A stretch of 55,971 nucleotides of DNA from Oscillospiraceae bacterium (GTDB lineage: Bacteria; Bacillota; Clostridia; Oscillospirales; CAG-272), in contig SVTI01000002.1 of the NCBI GenBank assembly GCA_015063855.1, positions 1 through 55,971 of the forward strand. Reading direction: 5' to 3'. Numbering within the stretch: position 1 is the stretch's first letter; each line of letters opens with the position of its first letter. Made by a program: the position numbers and the translations under genes. This document shows, in pieces, positions 1 through 9,622 of the stretch. Below the pieces are notes generated by a model. The model was not told the DNA's origin. It worked only from the letters and a program-made list of their open reading frames with translations, and made no database searches.

Positions 1-236
1 GCGTTTAAGATAGATAAGGTTTTCTATCGTATTAATTAAAGAGTAAACTATTAAATTTGTAATTGTACCCTTTAAATATTACAATCAATTATTCAATGTG
101 GCTTTACGTTCTCCTCATCCGTCATTTGAAATAATTACCAAACGAGTTTAGTAATTATTTCAAATGACACCTTCCCCGCTGGGGAAGGCTATACGTAAAC
201 AGTAAACTGTTCGCCAAACTATAATTTATCGTAACC

Positions 237-265
237 TTGCAATTTGGTATATCTTATGATATAAT
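237..265 (+). promoter_or_regulatory. sigma-70-type promoter candidate for the kinase gene at 296
   Basis: TTGCAA (237-242), a 17-nt spacer, then TGaTATAAT (TATAAT at 260-265). A GGAGA RBS and ATG 296 follow about 30 nt downstream. Confidence 0.5.
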
Positions 266-295
266 GAAAAAAATACGAAAAATACGGAGAATGGC

Positions 296-2227
296 ATGGG
301 CATAGAAAGACTTAATGAATTCTGGCCCGAGTGGAGGATAGAATCCGAGCTTGGCGAGGGTGCATTTGGAAAGGTATATAAGGCGGTAGACGAGGAAGCG
401 GGCTTCCCGGTATATTCCGCTATCAAGGTTCTTAGTATTCCATCATCAAAGGCGGAGCTTGATGCTCTTGAATCGGAGGGTATGACCGAGAGTGAGAGTA
501 AGAGCTATTTTAAGGGAATAGCAGATGATTTCGTAAATGAAATTAAGCTCATGCACGCTCTCAAGGGTGCGCCCAATATTGTAGGCGTTGAGCAGTTTAA
601 GATAGCAGAGAAGCAAAATACCATAGGCTGGGATATCTTTATCCGTATGGAGCTTCTGACTTCATTTAAGGATTATCTTAAAAAACATACTCCCACCGAG
701 GAAGAGATTGTTAAATTAGGTATTGACATCGCAACTGCTCTTGAAATCTGTCAAAAGGAAAATATTATACACCGTGACATTAAACCGGCGAATATTTTTG
801 TTGATAAATACGGCAGCTTTAAGTTGGGTGACTTCGGTATAGCAAAGGAGCTGGAAAAGACTACAGGCGCTGTGTCCTCTAAGGGTACATTCAGTTATAT
901 GGCACCCGAGGTTGCACGCGGACAGCGTTATGACAATACCGTTGATATCTATTCCCTCGGTCTTGTAATGTATTCGCTTCTCAACAATAACCGTCCACCC
1001 TTTGTTGATCCACATAAAACTGATATAAGCTATAATGACCGTAAGAACGCCAATGACAGAAGATTAGCAGGTGAGCCTTTATCTGCGCCTTGTAACGCTT
1101 CTCTTGTTCTTTCCGATATTATTCTCACCGCCTGCGCCTATGATCCCTCAAGGAGATTCATGACAGCGACAGCCTTTAAAAATGCGCTTTTAAATTATAA
1201 AGATATACCGAAAGCGGCAAAGGTCATTCCTCCAAAGCCTGTTGCGAATAAGCCTTCAATAGACGAAACCGTGGCGGTGGCAAGAAAGCCTGAATCAAAG
1301 CCGAAGATAGATGAGACGGTAGCAGTTTCCCATAAGCCCGCTGTGGTTCCGAATACGGTACATAATGCAGAAACGGATAAACAGGAAATTGAAGCTTACG
1401 ACAAGAAGAAAAAAAGGGAAGGAATAACAGCGTTAATTGTTGTAATAGCATTATTGGCTTTAATTGTATTATCGATATCATTTGCAGGAATCTTTAACGA
1501 CAAAAACGATGATGACGGAGCTGTGAAAAAAAGACCGATGGGCACTACGGTTATGTCTGCACCGGAAACGGGAATAGCTATAGGACAAGACCATGATGTT
1601 CCTTCGGATGTAACCTTCATCCCTGATTCTCCTACCGCCGTATATGGAGCAGAAACAATAACCTTCGGAGCATACGAGCAGGACAACGATACTTCAAACG
1701 GCAAGGAAGCAATCAAATGGATAGTACTTGCAAAGGAGGACGGCAAAGCCCTTGTAACAAGCAAGTATGCCCTTGACTGTCAGCCCTATAACGAAGAAGA
1801 CACATCTGTAACTTGGGAAAAATGTACCCTCAGAGAATGGCTGAATAATGATTTCTATAATGCTGCATTTAGTGAAAGCGAAAAAACACAGATAGAAAGC
1901 ACATACGTAGTAAACGATGATAATGCAGTATACGGAACCGAGGGCGGAAAGGATACAAGCGATAAGATATTCTTACTTAGCATAGACGAAGCAGAAGAAT
2001 ATTTCGATTCGGATGAAGAAAGAGAGTGTACGCCAACAGATTATGCAGATGCCAATGGAGCGTATGTAAATAGCGACAATGGCAACTGTTGTTGGTGGAT
2101 TCGTTCCCCCGGCGATACCTACGATGCCTCATATGTGTACACTGATGGTGGCGTCAGCGATAGTGGTCTCATTGTTAGCAACAGTGACAACGCTGTTCGT
2201 CCCGCTTTGTGGATCAATCTTGAATAA
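296..2227 (+). CDS. Hanks-type Ser/Thr protein kinase, single-pass membrane protein with a DUF6273-like extracellular domain
   Basis: Kinase motifs GEGAFGKVYKA, AIKV, HRDIKPANIF, GDFG and YMAPE. A TM helix (ITALIVVIALLALIVLSISFAGIF) follows. The C-terminal domain has CWWIRSPG and RPALWINL motifs typical of DUF6273-type domains. Confidence 0.9.
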   Translation: MGIERLNEFWPEWRIESELGEGAFGKVYKAVDEEAGFPVYSAIKVLSIPSSKAELDALESEGMTESESKSYFKGIADDFVNEIKLMHALKGAPNIVGVEQFKIAEKQNTIGWDIFIRMELLTSFKDYLKKHTPTEEEIVKLGIDIATALEICQKENIIHRDIKPANIFVDKYGSFKLGDFGIAKELEKTTGAVSSKGTFSYMAPEVARGQRYDNTVDIYSLGLVMYSLLNNNRPPFVDPHKTDISYNDRKNANDRRLAGEPLSAPCNASLVLSDIILTACAYDPSRRFMTATAFKNALLNYKDIPKAAKVIPPKPVANKPSIDETVAVARKPESKPKIDETVAVSHKPAVVPNTVHNAETDKQEIEAYDKKKKREGITALIVVIALLALIVLSISFAGIFNDKNDDDGAVKKRPMGTTVMSAPETGIAIGQDHDVPSDVTFIPDSPTAVYGAETITFGAYEQDNDTSNGKEAIKWIVLAKEDGKALVTSKYALDCQPYNEEDTSVTWEKCTLREWLNNDFYNAAFSESEKTQIESTYVVNDDNAVYGTEGGKDTSDKIFLLSIDEAEEYFDSDEERECTPTDYADANGAYVNSDNGNCCWWIRSPGDTYDASYVYTDGGVSDSGLIVSNSDNAVRPALWINLE

Positions 2228-2235
2228 TAACAAAA

Positions 2236-2261
2236 GCAGAGAATTTGAAAAAATTCTCTGC
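2236..2261. terminator. bidirectional rho-independent terminator between convergent genes
   Basis: GCAGAGAATT / AATTCTCTGC 10-bp stem with a 6-nt loop, an A-run upstream and TTGTCTTTT downstream. Confidence 0.65.
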
Positions 2262-2273
2262 TTGTCTTTTATA

Positions 2274-4247
2274 TTACTGTTCTTTCAACGCATTTATCTG
2301 ATCACGGATGATAGCAGCCTTTTCAAATTCAAGAGCGGCGGCAGCTTCGCGCATTTCGGTGTTAAGCTGTTCTATCATAGCGGCCTTCTGTTTTTCGGAG
2401 AGCTTGCGCTCAGGCATCTTCTTTTTCTTCTTGTCGTCCTTTGCACCAAGGTCGATAAGATCACGAACCGCTTTCTGTACACTCTTGGGCTCAATACCGT
2501 GCTCACGGTTATATGCCTCCTGGATCGAACGGCGGCGATTTGTTTCATCAATAGCGGTCTGCATTGCCTTGGTTATCTTCTCTGCATACATGATAACCTT
2601 ACCGTTGACGTTTCGTGCGGCACGACCTATGGTCTGAATAAGGGCGGTCTCGCTGCGCAGCAGACCTTCCTTATCTGCATCAAGTATAGCAACAAGAGAG
2701 ACCTCGGGGATATCAAGACCTTCACGAAGGAGATTGATTCCCACAAGAACATCAAAGTTACCAAGACGAAGATCACGGATGATCTCGGTACGCTCCATTG
2801 TTTCAACATTGTGATGTATATATTTAACCTTGATAAGATTAAGCTCGAGAAATTCGGTTAAATCCTCCGCCATCTTCTTTGTAAGGGTGGTAACAAGAAC
2901 TCGTTCACCTCTTTCGGTTCTGATTCTTATCTCGGAGATAAGATCGTCTATTTGATCCTCCACACCTCTTACCTCAACCTCAGGGTCCAGAAGTCCTGTG
3001 GGACGGATTATCTGCTCAACGGTCTGCTCGGTAGTCTCCTTTTCATAGGGACCGGGGGTAGCACTTACATATATGGTTTGGTTTAATTTATCCTCAAATT
3101 CTTCAAACACAAGGGGACGGTTGTCATAGGCAGAGGGGAGACGGAAACCGTATTCCACCAGATTTTCCTTTCTTGCTCTGTCTCCGCCGCTCATACCTCT
3201 TACCTGGGGCAGAGTAACATGGCTCTCATCCACGAAGAGCAGGAAGTCCTTTGGAAAATAGTCAAGCAGGGTATAGGGAACCGAGTCCGGTTCTCTGCCT
3301 GCAAGCACACGGGAATAGTTCTCAACTCCCGAGCAGTAACCTATCTCACGCATCATCTCAAGATCATAGAGGGTTCTTTCTTCAATTCTCTGAGCCTCTA
3401 TAAGCTTGTTCTGAGATTTGAAGTATTCCACTCTCTCTTCCATTTCTCGCTCAATTTCTTCAAGAGCCTGTTCACGGCGCTCAGGGGAAACCGCATAGTG
3501 AGTTGCGGGGAATATGCAGATATAGGAAACGTCACGGGCAACCTTTCCCGTAACAAGATTAAATTCGGAAATTCGGGTTATTTCATCGTCAAAAAATTCA
3601 ACTCGTATACCCTCGTTATCTCCCGAGGCAGGGAAGACCTCAACCACATCACCGCGAACACGGAATTTATTACGGGTGAAGTTGATGTCATTACGGTCGT
3701 AGTTTATGGCGATAAGGCGGCGGATAAACTCGTCACGGTCCATAATTCCGCCTACCCTTAAGCCTATGAGCATACTGTTATATTCGTTAGGATCACCAAG
3801 AGTATATATGCAGGAAACCGAGGATACTACAATAACGTCCCTTCTTTCAAAAAGGGCAGAGGTGGCGCTGTGACGGAGCTTGTCTATCTCGTCATTAACA
3901 GAGGAGTCCTTCTCGATATAGGTATCCTTGCCGGGGATATATGCTTCAGGCTGATAGTAGTCATAGTAGGAAACAAAGTATTCTACCGCATTATCCGGGA
4001 AAAATTCTTTAAATTCGGAGCAGAGCTGTGCTGCCAAAGTCTTGTTATGAGCTAAAACAAGGGTAGGCTTGTTGGCATTTGCAATTATATTCGCCATGGT
4101 AAAGGTCTTACCCGATCCTGTTACACCAAGCAGTGTTTGTTTCTTTAGCCCTGCTTCTACACCCGCCGAGAGCTTGTCAATAGCTTGCGGCTGGTCACCC
4201 GTTGGCTTGTAGGGTGAAACAAGCTTAAATCTTCTTTCTTCTGCCAT
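2274..4247 (-). CDS. uvrB: excinuclease ABC subunit B
   Basis: 657 aa. Walker [11 protein letters not shown], a DESH box (FVDESHVT), a helicase C-terminal region and a C-terminal UVR domain ([18 protein letters not shown]). GGGGAGG RBS. Confidence 0.97.
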   Translation of the reverse strand: MAEERRFKLVSPYKPTGDQPQAIDKLSAGVEAGLKKQTLLGVTGSGKTFTMANIIANANKPTLVLAHNKTLAAQLCSEFKEFFPDNAVEYFVSYYDYYQPEAYIPGKDTYIEKDSSVNDEIDKLRHSATSALFERRDVIVVSSVSCIYTLGDPNEYNSMLIGLRVGGIMDRDEFIRRLIAINYDRNDINFTRNKFRVRGDVVEVFPASGDNEGIRVEFFDDEITRISEFNLVTGKVARDVSYICIFPATHYAVSPERREQALEEIEREMEERVEYFKSQNKLIEAQRIEERTLYDLEMMREIGYCSGVENYSRVLAGREPDSVPYTLLDYFPKDFLLFVDESHVTLPQVRGMSGGDRARKENLVEYGFRLPSAYDNRPLVFEEFEDKLNQTIYVSATPGPYEKETTEQTVEQIIRPTGLLDPEVEVRGVEDQIDDLISEIRIRTERGERVLVTTLTKKMAEDLTEFLELNLIKVKYIHHNVETMERTEIIRDLRLGNFDVLVGINLLREGLDIPEVSLVAILDADKEGLLRSETALIQTIGRAARNVNGKVIMYAEKITKAMQTAIDETNRRRSIQEAYNREHGIEPKSVQKAVRDLIDLGAKDDKKKKKMPERKLSEKQKAAMIEQLNTEMREAAAALEFEKAAIIRDQINALKEQ

Positions 4248-4352
4248 TTTATTACCTCCCCGTAAAGATATAATGCCAATAATTCTTTAGAAAACAGTTT
4301 AATCATATTATTATAACATATATATTTTAAAAATAAAAGAGGTTAACAAAAA

Positions 4353-4373
4353 AACGCTGCACTTGACAGCGTT
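4353..4373 (-). terminator. rho-independent terminator of the 4377..5291 gene
   Basis: ACGCTG / CAGCGT stem. On the minus strand it is followed by a T-run (A-run 4346-4354 on plus). Confidence 0.6.
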
Positions 4374-4376
4374 TTA

Positions 4377-5291
4377 TTATTCAAACGTATGTAGGAAAGC
4401 CAGATCGAAATATGTCTTACCCTTATACTCTCGCTCTCTTTGCTCCATTACCATATAATGAGTTTCTGTCTTTGAGGTGGTCTCCATTCCCGTGTAGGTA
4501 TACCGGATAGTCATTTGAGTATCATCATCGATTCTGTAGGGGACAGGCTCGGGGAGCAGACCTTCTCCGAAAAGGCTTTCTTCGTAGGTGATCTCCTTTC
4601 TCGGATAGATGGTATCGTTACGCAGAGCATCCTTGATCTCAACGTAGCTGCAGTTATAGGCGGCAAAGATACAAGCTTCAGCTATCTTCAAGCCATCCTC
4701 GTAATTGTCCTCGGTCAAATTACATATTGTAGTCACTATCTCGAGATCTCCCTCGCAGAATGCCACGCGGATGACTACGTCCTCAAGGGCACAGTCGGTG
4801 GTATAGATTTCCCATGTGTCCCCATCTTCATCTGTGACGGTATGTGTCCATAGGAAATCATTTGGATTAAAAATATCTCCGCAATCGGTTTGGTGTGACG
4901 TGACCGAGGCAAGAATTTTAAAATCCTCATAGACCGCCAGTATCTCACTTCTGCCGCCGGAATTAAAATCGCTGTAGGCGGGGTCATTCTCCTTTTCGGT
5001 TTCAGGGTCTCTGCTTGTTTGCGTTGTTTCTTCTTTTTCTTTAAGCTTTTTTGTTTGCTTATCTCTTATTTGTGTCTGTGCTTCCGAGTCGTTTTTATCA
5101 GGCTGTACAAGCAGAACTATAAGCAGGACAGAGATGAGTATTGCGACTGTCAGAATGAGTATTAGTATCAATTTTATATTTATCGGTCTTTTCGGTGTGA
5201 TATTTTCCTTACATTCAAGAGGACGCATACAGTAGAGACAAAAACTTGCATTCTCCTGAAGCTCGGCATTACAAAACGGGCATCTTTTCAT
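4377..5291 (-). CDS. zinc-ribbon membrane protein, function unknown
   Basis: N-terminal CPFC-x12-CLYC zinc ribbon, one TM helix (IKLILILILTVAILISVLLIVLLV), a charged linker and an extracytoplasmic domain of about 200 aa. Confidence 0.7.
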   Translation of the reverse strand: MKRCPFCNAELQENASFCLYCMRPLECKENITPKRPINIKLILILILTVAILISVLLIVLLVQPDKNDSEAQTQIRDKQTKKLKEKEETTQTSRDPETEKENDPAYSDFNSGGRSEILAVYEDFKILASVTSHQTDCGDIFNPNDFLWTHTVTDEDGDTWEIYTTDCALEDVVIRVAFCEGDLEIVTTICNLTEDNYEDGLKIAEACIFAAYNCSYVEIKDALRNDTIYPRKEITYEESLFGEGLLPEPVPYRIDDDTQMTIRYTYTGMETTSKTETHYMVMEQREREYKGKTYFDLAFLHTFE

Positions 5292-5321
5292 TTTATTATC
5301 CTAATTGTAAGAATTTGATTG

Positions 5322-5747
5322 TTATGACAGTGTTTCCTCTCCGTAGTCATAGAGCAAATAATTGATCTCAGCTACCGTCATTTTTTTGCATATTCCGTAG
5401 ATTATTATACAATCGAAGCTGTTCTTTGCATATAGAGGTGCATATCCGCTGACCTTGAGAAGACTCTGTATCTCCTCAAAGCTTAATTCCATACCGATGC
5501 AAAGATTCAAAAGCTTTTTCTTTTCGGGAACTCTCTTACCCGAGAATATCTGATAGGCATATATCTCATTGATCTCGGCGCGCTTTATGGCATCCGCCTT
5601 TTTAATGCCGTGTATTTCTATAAGCTCGGAGAGAAGCTCGCTTAAGCTCTTTTGTATCATTATGTCCCGATTGCTTTCATGAAAGCTCTTAAAATCGGAG
5701 CAACTCTGCAATTCAGCGAGCATTTCGGAGGTATCCTTTTTGATCAT
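5322..5747 (-). CDS. putative XRE-like helix-turn-helix protein
   Basis: 141 aa with an HTH-like segment (IKKADAIKRAEINEIYAYQIFSGKRVP). AAGGAG RBS. Confidence 0.55.
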   Translation of the reverse strand: MIKKDTSEMLAELQSCSDFKSFHESNRDIMIQKSLSELLSELIEIHGIKKADAIKRAEINEIYAYQIFSGKRVPEKKKLLNLCIGMELSFEEIQSLLKVSGYAPLYAKNSFDCIIIYGICKKMTVAEINYLLYDYGEETLS

Positions 5748-5895
5748 TATAGGCTCCTTTTAATGTGATAACAACATTTTAACACAAAAAATGTCCTTGG
5801 TCAACACAGAATGACAATAATCAGCAATTCGCCGAAATTGTAAAAACTAAGCTGACAGCATAGGACATTCGGTTTATATTAAATTATAATATACT

Positions 5896-6231
5896 TTAAA
5901 GATTGTCTATGTTATCCGCAAGGGCTTTAACTGCGGATATAAAGCTTTTAATCTTCGTTTCATCCTTACCCTCTATCTGTCTGGAGAGGGCATAGAGAAT
6001 GTTGTCGGTATTTGCCGCAGAATCTATCAGAAGATAGTCGGTACTTACGCCGAGCTCACTTGATATTTTTACGATAGTTTCAAGGGATGGAATACGGGTA
6101 CCTCTCTCAATATGACCGATATGGGCGGTGGAGAGGGAGCATATCTCGCCTAATTTTTCCTGAGTTATATTATTTTTCTTTCGTGCCTCGCGTATTCTTG
6201 CGCCGAGAGCCTTGTAATCTATCTGCTTCAT
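5896..6231 (-). CDS. XRE-family transcriptional regulator
   Basis: HTH_3 signature ARIREARKKNNITQEKLGEICSLSTAHIGHIERGTRIPSLETIVKIS. The start was moved to ATG 6231 (MKQIDY), which has an AGGTG RBS. Confidence 0.85.
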   Translation of the reverse strand: MKQIDYKALGARIREARKKNNITQEKLGEICSLSTAHIGHIERGTRIPSLETIVKISSELGVSTDYLLIDSAANTDNILYALSRQIEGKDETKIKSFISAVKALADNIDNL

Positions 6232-6373
6232 AATAACACCTATTCTCATATAGTTATATATATTTTACTGTATTTTTGATAATTTATGAACCTACTGTAA
6301 GAATTATATATTGACTGTAAGCATTATTCGTGCTATAATTATTAATATCCAATATATTAAGGAGATTTTTGTT

Positions 6374-6775
6374 ATGAGAAAAATTATTGCATTTGTTTTA
6401 TCCTTTCTTATCTGCGGTCTTACATTTATGAGCTGCTCGACCTTAAAGACAATGAAGCAATCTGTATTAGGTGCAAGCGAGGATGATATTATTGCAGAGG
6501 CAGAGGTTAGCGCAAAGAAAAAGTTTTATGATGAGTGGGGCATAGTAGCCGATGAAATGTCCTCAGAAATCATTTATTCCAATGACGAAAAAAGCATAGT
6601 TGCCGTGAAGTGCCATTCGGATGATTATGTTGGTGATGATCATTGGGCATCTTCGATCGCTATAGTTATAAGCAACAGCAGTGCAATGTGGCTAGGACAG
6701 ACCAATCTTATGCCGGGTGATTATGATTACAGCGAAAATCTTGAAGCATTAAAGTCAACTCTCAGGGTTGAGTGA
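6374..6775 (+). CDS. small lipoprotein, function unknown
   Basis: Start moved to ATG 6374 after a GGAG RBS. Signal peptide with a lipobox (LTFMSC). Confidence 0.7.
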   Translation: MRKIIAFVLSFLICGLTFMSCSTLKTMKQSVLGASEDDIIAEAEVSAKKKFYDEWGIVADEMSSEIIYSNDEKSIVAVKCHSDDYVGDDHWASSIAIVISNSSAMWLGQTNLMPGDYDYSENLEALKSTLRVE

Positions 6776-6798
6776 TAAAAAGCGGGGAGTGAAAAACA

Positions 6799-8328
6799 AT
6801 GAATGAACAAAGTAACAAAGAGCGTTTATTTAAATTTATTTTTGCATCATCATTTATATTTGGTGTTATAGATTTAATTTTTGGTTTTTGTTTAGTTGAA
6901 ACTTTCGGAATTGTGTTCTTTTGCGCTCTCGGGGTAGGTGCGATTGAGCTGGCAGCTGCCTTCATTTTTTACAAGAAGAGTTCAAAACTTTCTGTAACAG
7001 AGGAGAAAACTGTTGATGAAGCAGATACAGAGAATGCGGAGATTGTACTTGATGATATAACTGAACAAGTACAGGGGAAAGCACCAGTAAAAGGAAAGCT
7101 ATCCTTTGTTTCCGTTATGATCGTTTTGTTGGTGCACATTCTTCTTTTCATGATACCAATATCGGCAATATATATTATTAATAATTTAGAGATTAAGGAT
7201 TATAAACTCGCATTAGTAGGTGAAGTATATCTTGATATAGATCACTATGGAGATGGTGTTGACTGTGAATATGAATTCGTTAATACCAATGAGTGTATAG
7301 TTCGAAAGATTGACAGATCGGGGTACACAGAAGAAGTATTATCTGAAGATAATTATAAATATACTGTAAAATTGAACGATGATGATAATCTCGAAATCAG
7401 TGTTAACGGATATACTTACAATACATCACCCTCTGAATCATCGATCTATTCTTTTGACGGGGAAGCGGGAAACTTTAGTATTGTTGATAATATAATTAAA
7501 ATAAAGCTTCTTTCTGATTTTCAGAATAGCTATAATTCAACTGTTACGGGGGCAAATAATATACCTGGTAAGACTGCAACGACAGACGATATAAAAAGTG
7601 CTGCAACCTCTCATATTTTTGATATACTTAAGTCGCCCGATTCTGCTGTCGTCAATTCTTCAGAGATATTAGAACGTGACAATTACGGCAGAGCAATAGT
7701 ACATCTTGATATATCTGCACAAAACAGCTTTGGAGTGTTTTTAAGAGAGAATTATTATGTGTGCGTATTTGAGGTCAACGGTAATTCATATAAAACCTCA
7801 GGTATAATGAGTTATACAAACAGTTATGATAATCTTTCATCATTAAAGAGTATTAATAATTTCGGGGTAGACCCCGAAGGGAACAAATATGGAAATGTTG
7901 TTATAGATACCGAAAGTAATATATCCTTACCCGATTTTGTGAAAATCGGGGATATTAGCTTAGAACACATAAAAGCATCTACAGATCTTGTTGATTTTGA
8001 TTATTATGTTAATGATGCCGATCAGAATCTTGTATCAGTAAGTGTCAGTGTGTCTATAGCGGAGTTGAATAATACAGCAAGCAGCGATGAAACTTTCGAA
8101 CGTATCGTTACCTCGATTAATAATTCTTTGGAAATGTACGATATCAGGTATTCTACAGAAGAAATCATTGATGATATGCATATGTCGGTAAGTGCAGAGC
8201 CTGTTTTTGTCAGAGGTGGTTATATAATTCATACCAAAGTAAGCGGTTCGGAATATGTGTATACTGTAACCAATGGCAGAATACTTGGTTTTACAGAGAG
8301 CAATTTTTGGACTCCTATTAATAATTGA
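6799..8328 (+). CDS. multi-pass membrane protein with a large extracytoplasmic domain, function unknown
   Basis: 509 aa with a GGGGAG RBS. Two N-terminal TM helices plus a third (LSFVSVMIVLLVHILLFMIPISAIYII). No recognisable catalytic motif. Confidence 0.65.
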   Translation: MNEQSNKERLFKFIFASSFIFGVIDLIFGFCLVETFGIVFFCALGVGAIELAAAFIFYKKSSKLSVTEEKTVDEADTENAEIVLDDITEQVQGKAPVKGKLSFVSVMIVLLVHILLFMIPISAIYIINNLEIKDYKLALVGEVYLDIDHYGDGVDCEYEFVNTNECIVRKIDRSGYTEEVLSEDNYKYTVKLNDDDNLEISVNGYTYNTSPSESSIYSFDGEAGNFSIVDNIIKIKLLSDFQNSYNSTVTGANNIPGKTATTDDIKSAATSHIFDILKSPDSAVVNSSEILERDNYGRAIVHLDISAQNSFGVFLRENYYVCVFEVNGNSYKTSGIMSYTNSYDNLSSLKSINNFGVDPEGNKYGNVVIDTESNISLPDFVKIGDISLEHIKASTDLVDFDYYVNDADQNLVSVSVSVSIAELNNTASSDETFERIVTSINNSLEMYDIRYSTEEIIDDMHMSVSAEPVFVRGGYIIHTKVSGSEYVYTVTNGRILGFTESNFWTPINN

Positions 8329-8428
8329 TCAAAATAACAATTAACCGTAAGATTATCCAATATAAGTTTTAAAATGGAATTGTAAAAATAACAAAAGAAT
8401 TAGTATTATGAAAGAGGTTGAAATCAAA

Positions 8429-9580
8429 ATGAAAAGAATATTAGTTATATTACTATGTTTAACTATATGTATTTTCGTTCTTGCCGCTTGTTCCAAAACA
8501 AGCACTGATAACAGTTCGATAAAGAATGAAGAAAAGGCTGAAAATAATACTAACGCTTCGGATAGCGAAAAGGTAAGTGACAAAAAGGAAACTGAGAATA
8601 TAGTAGAGGATATAGAAGAAAAAGAGCCGGATCAAATAATCGATTACGGTACATATACCGAAAGTGAATTTAAGAATGAATGGGTAGACTTGATATATGT
8701 TCCCCGTAGTGATTTGATATCGTCTCCCGAAGATGATAGGTTGCTGAATGAAGCAACAGATGATGACTCCAGAAAAACATTAATGGATTATTATTCAGAA
8801 TACGAAAAAGGGAAGGACAAAATAGCAGTATACGTACAGAAGGTCGAAACAGGTACTACAGCTGATGTACTTTTAGCAGAGCTTGTGGCAGATGATATCG
8901 AATATTATATCAGGAATGATGTTACTTATACTGAGTACGATAAGGGCACTTATGAGTTGTGTGGAAAAAGCTATGAGTTTCAAACTACCGATACAATTTC
9001 TCCATATGGCTACACCCTTCATTCTAAAGTGATGCTTCGTATAGCTAACGGTTATGCAATTCTCATTATTGCTCAAGGCGAAGATGAAACTGCAACAGAA
9101 GCTTTACTTAACGAGTTTGTCTCATATAAATCCTTTTATGACAGATTCCCCGGTGAATTGAAGGCGGGAATGAGCTATGATGAAATATCTTCGGTCGTAA
9201 TGTCGCTTTCCGATATAGAAAATAATGAAAATATGGGGCTTATGGCGACAGGAACAATGTCAAACTACGATCTGTGCGGCTTCTATATGACAAGCGGTAT
9301 TTTGAGTATACCTACTCCCATGGTGTCGTTCTTGTTTAATGAAGAGGGTCAAATGTATCAGTATAATATTTATTTCTCCAAAGTAAGATCCTATGATGTT
9401 TATGAGGATGTAAAGGTATATTATAATGAGGCTTTCGGATTTGAGGTTGAGGAGACGATTGAAAGTGATTTCAAGAGTTCAACTTGGTCGGATGAAAAAT
9501 ATGAAGTAATACTTATGAGTAATGAGTCGCAAGGTGAGTATTTCATGAACCTGACGGTTACGAGTAAAGAATATAAATAA
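8429..9580 (+). CDS. lipoprotein, function unknown
   Basis: MKRILVILLCLTICIFVLAAC lipobox when started at ATG 8429. The track start at 8408 lacks an RBS. Confidence 0.65.
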   Translation: MKRILVILLCLTICIFVLAACSKTSTDNSSIKNEEKAENNTNASDSEKVSDKKETENIVEDIEEKEPDQIIDYGTYTESEFKNEWVDLIYVPRSDLISSPEDDRLLNEATDDDSRKTLMDYYSEYEKGKDKIAVYVQKVETGTTADVLLAELVADDIEYYIRNDVTYTEYDKGTYELCGKSYEFQTTDTISPYGYTLHSKVMLRIANGYAILIIAQGEDETATEALLNEFVSYKSFYDRFPGELKAGMSYDEISSVVMSLSDIENNENMGLMATGTMSNYDLCGFYMTSGILSIPTPMVSFLFNEEGQMYQYNIYFSKVRSYDVYEDVKVYYNEAFGFEVEETIESDFKSSTWSDEKYEVILMSNESQGEYFMNLTVTSKEYK

Positions 9581-9591
9581 TCATAGTAAAA

Positions 9592-9617
9592 AAAGGCGGA
9601 GCAGTTGCTTCGCCTTT
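9592..9617. terminator. bidirectional terminator between convergent genes
   Basis: AAAGGCGGAGCA / TGCTTCGCCTTT stem flanked by an A-run and a T-rich tract. Confidence 0.6.
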
Positions 9618-9622
9618 AAATT

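Noticed and set aside
226-426. A 66-aa minus-strand ORF overlapping the kinase start
   Set aside because: It is antisense to the kinase N-terminus and promoter, with no RBS or motifs.
2079-2861. A 260-aa plus-strand ORF running from the kinase 3-prime end across the terminator into uvrB
   Set aside because: It crosses a bidirectional terminator and is antisense to the conserved uvrB C-terminus. It has no motifs.
4289-4300. Possible LexA box upstream of uvrB (AGAAAACAGTTT)
   Set aside because: The half-sites are poor and the spacing does not fit GAAC-N4-GTTC. It is not reported as a feature.
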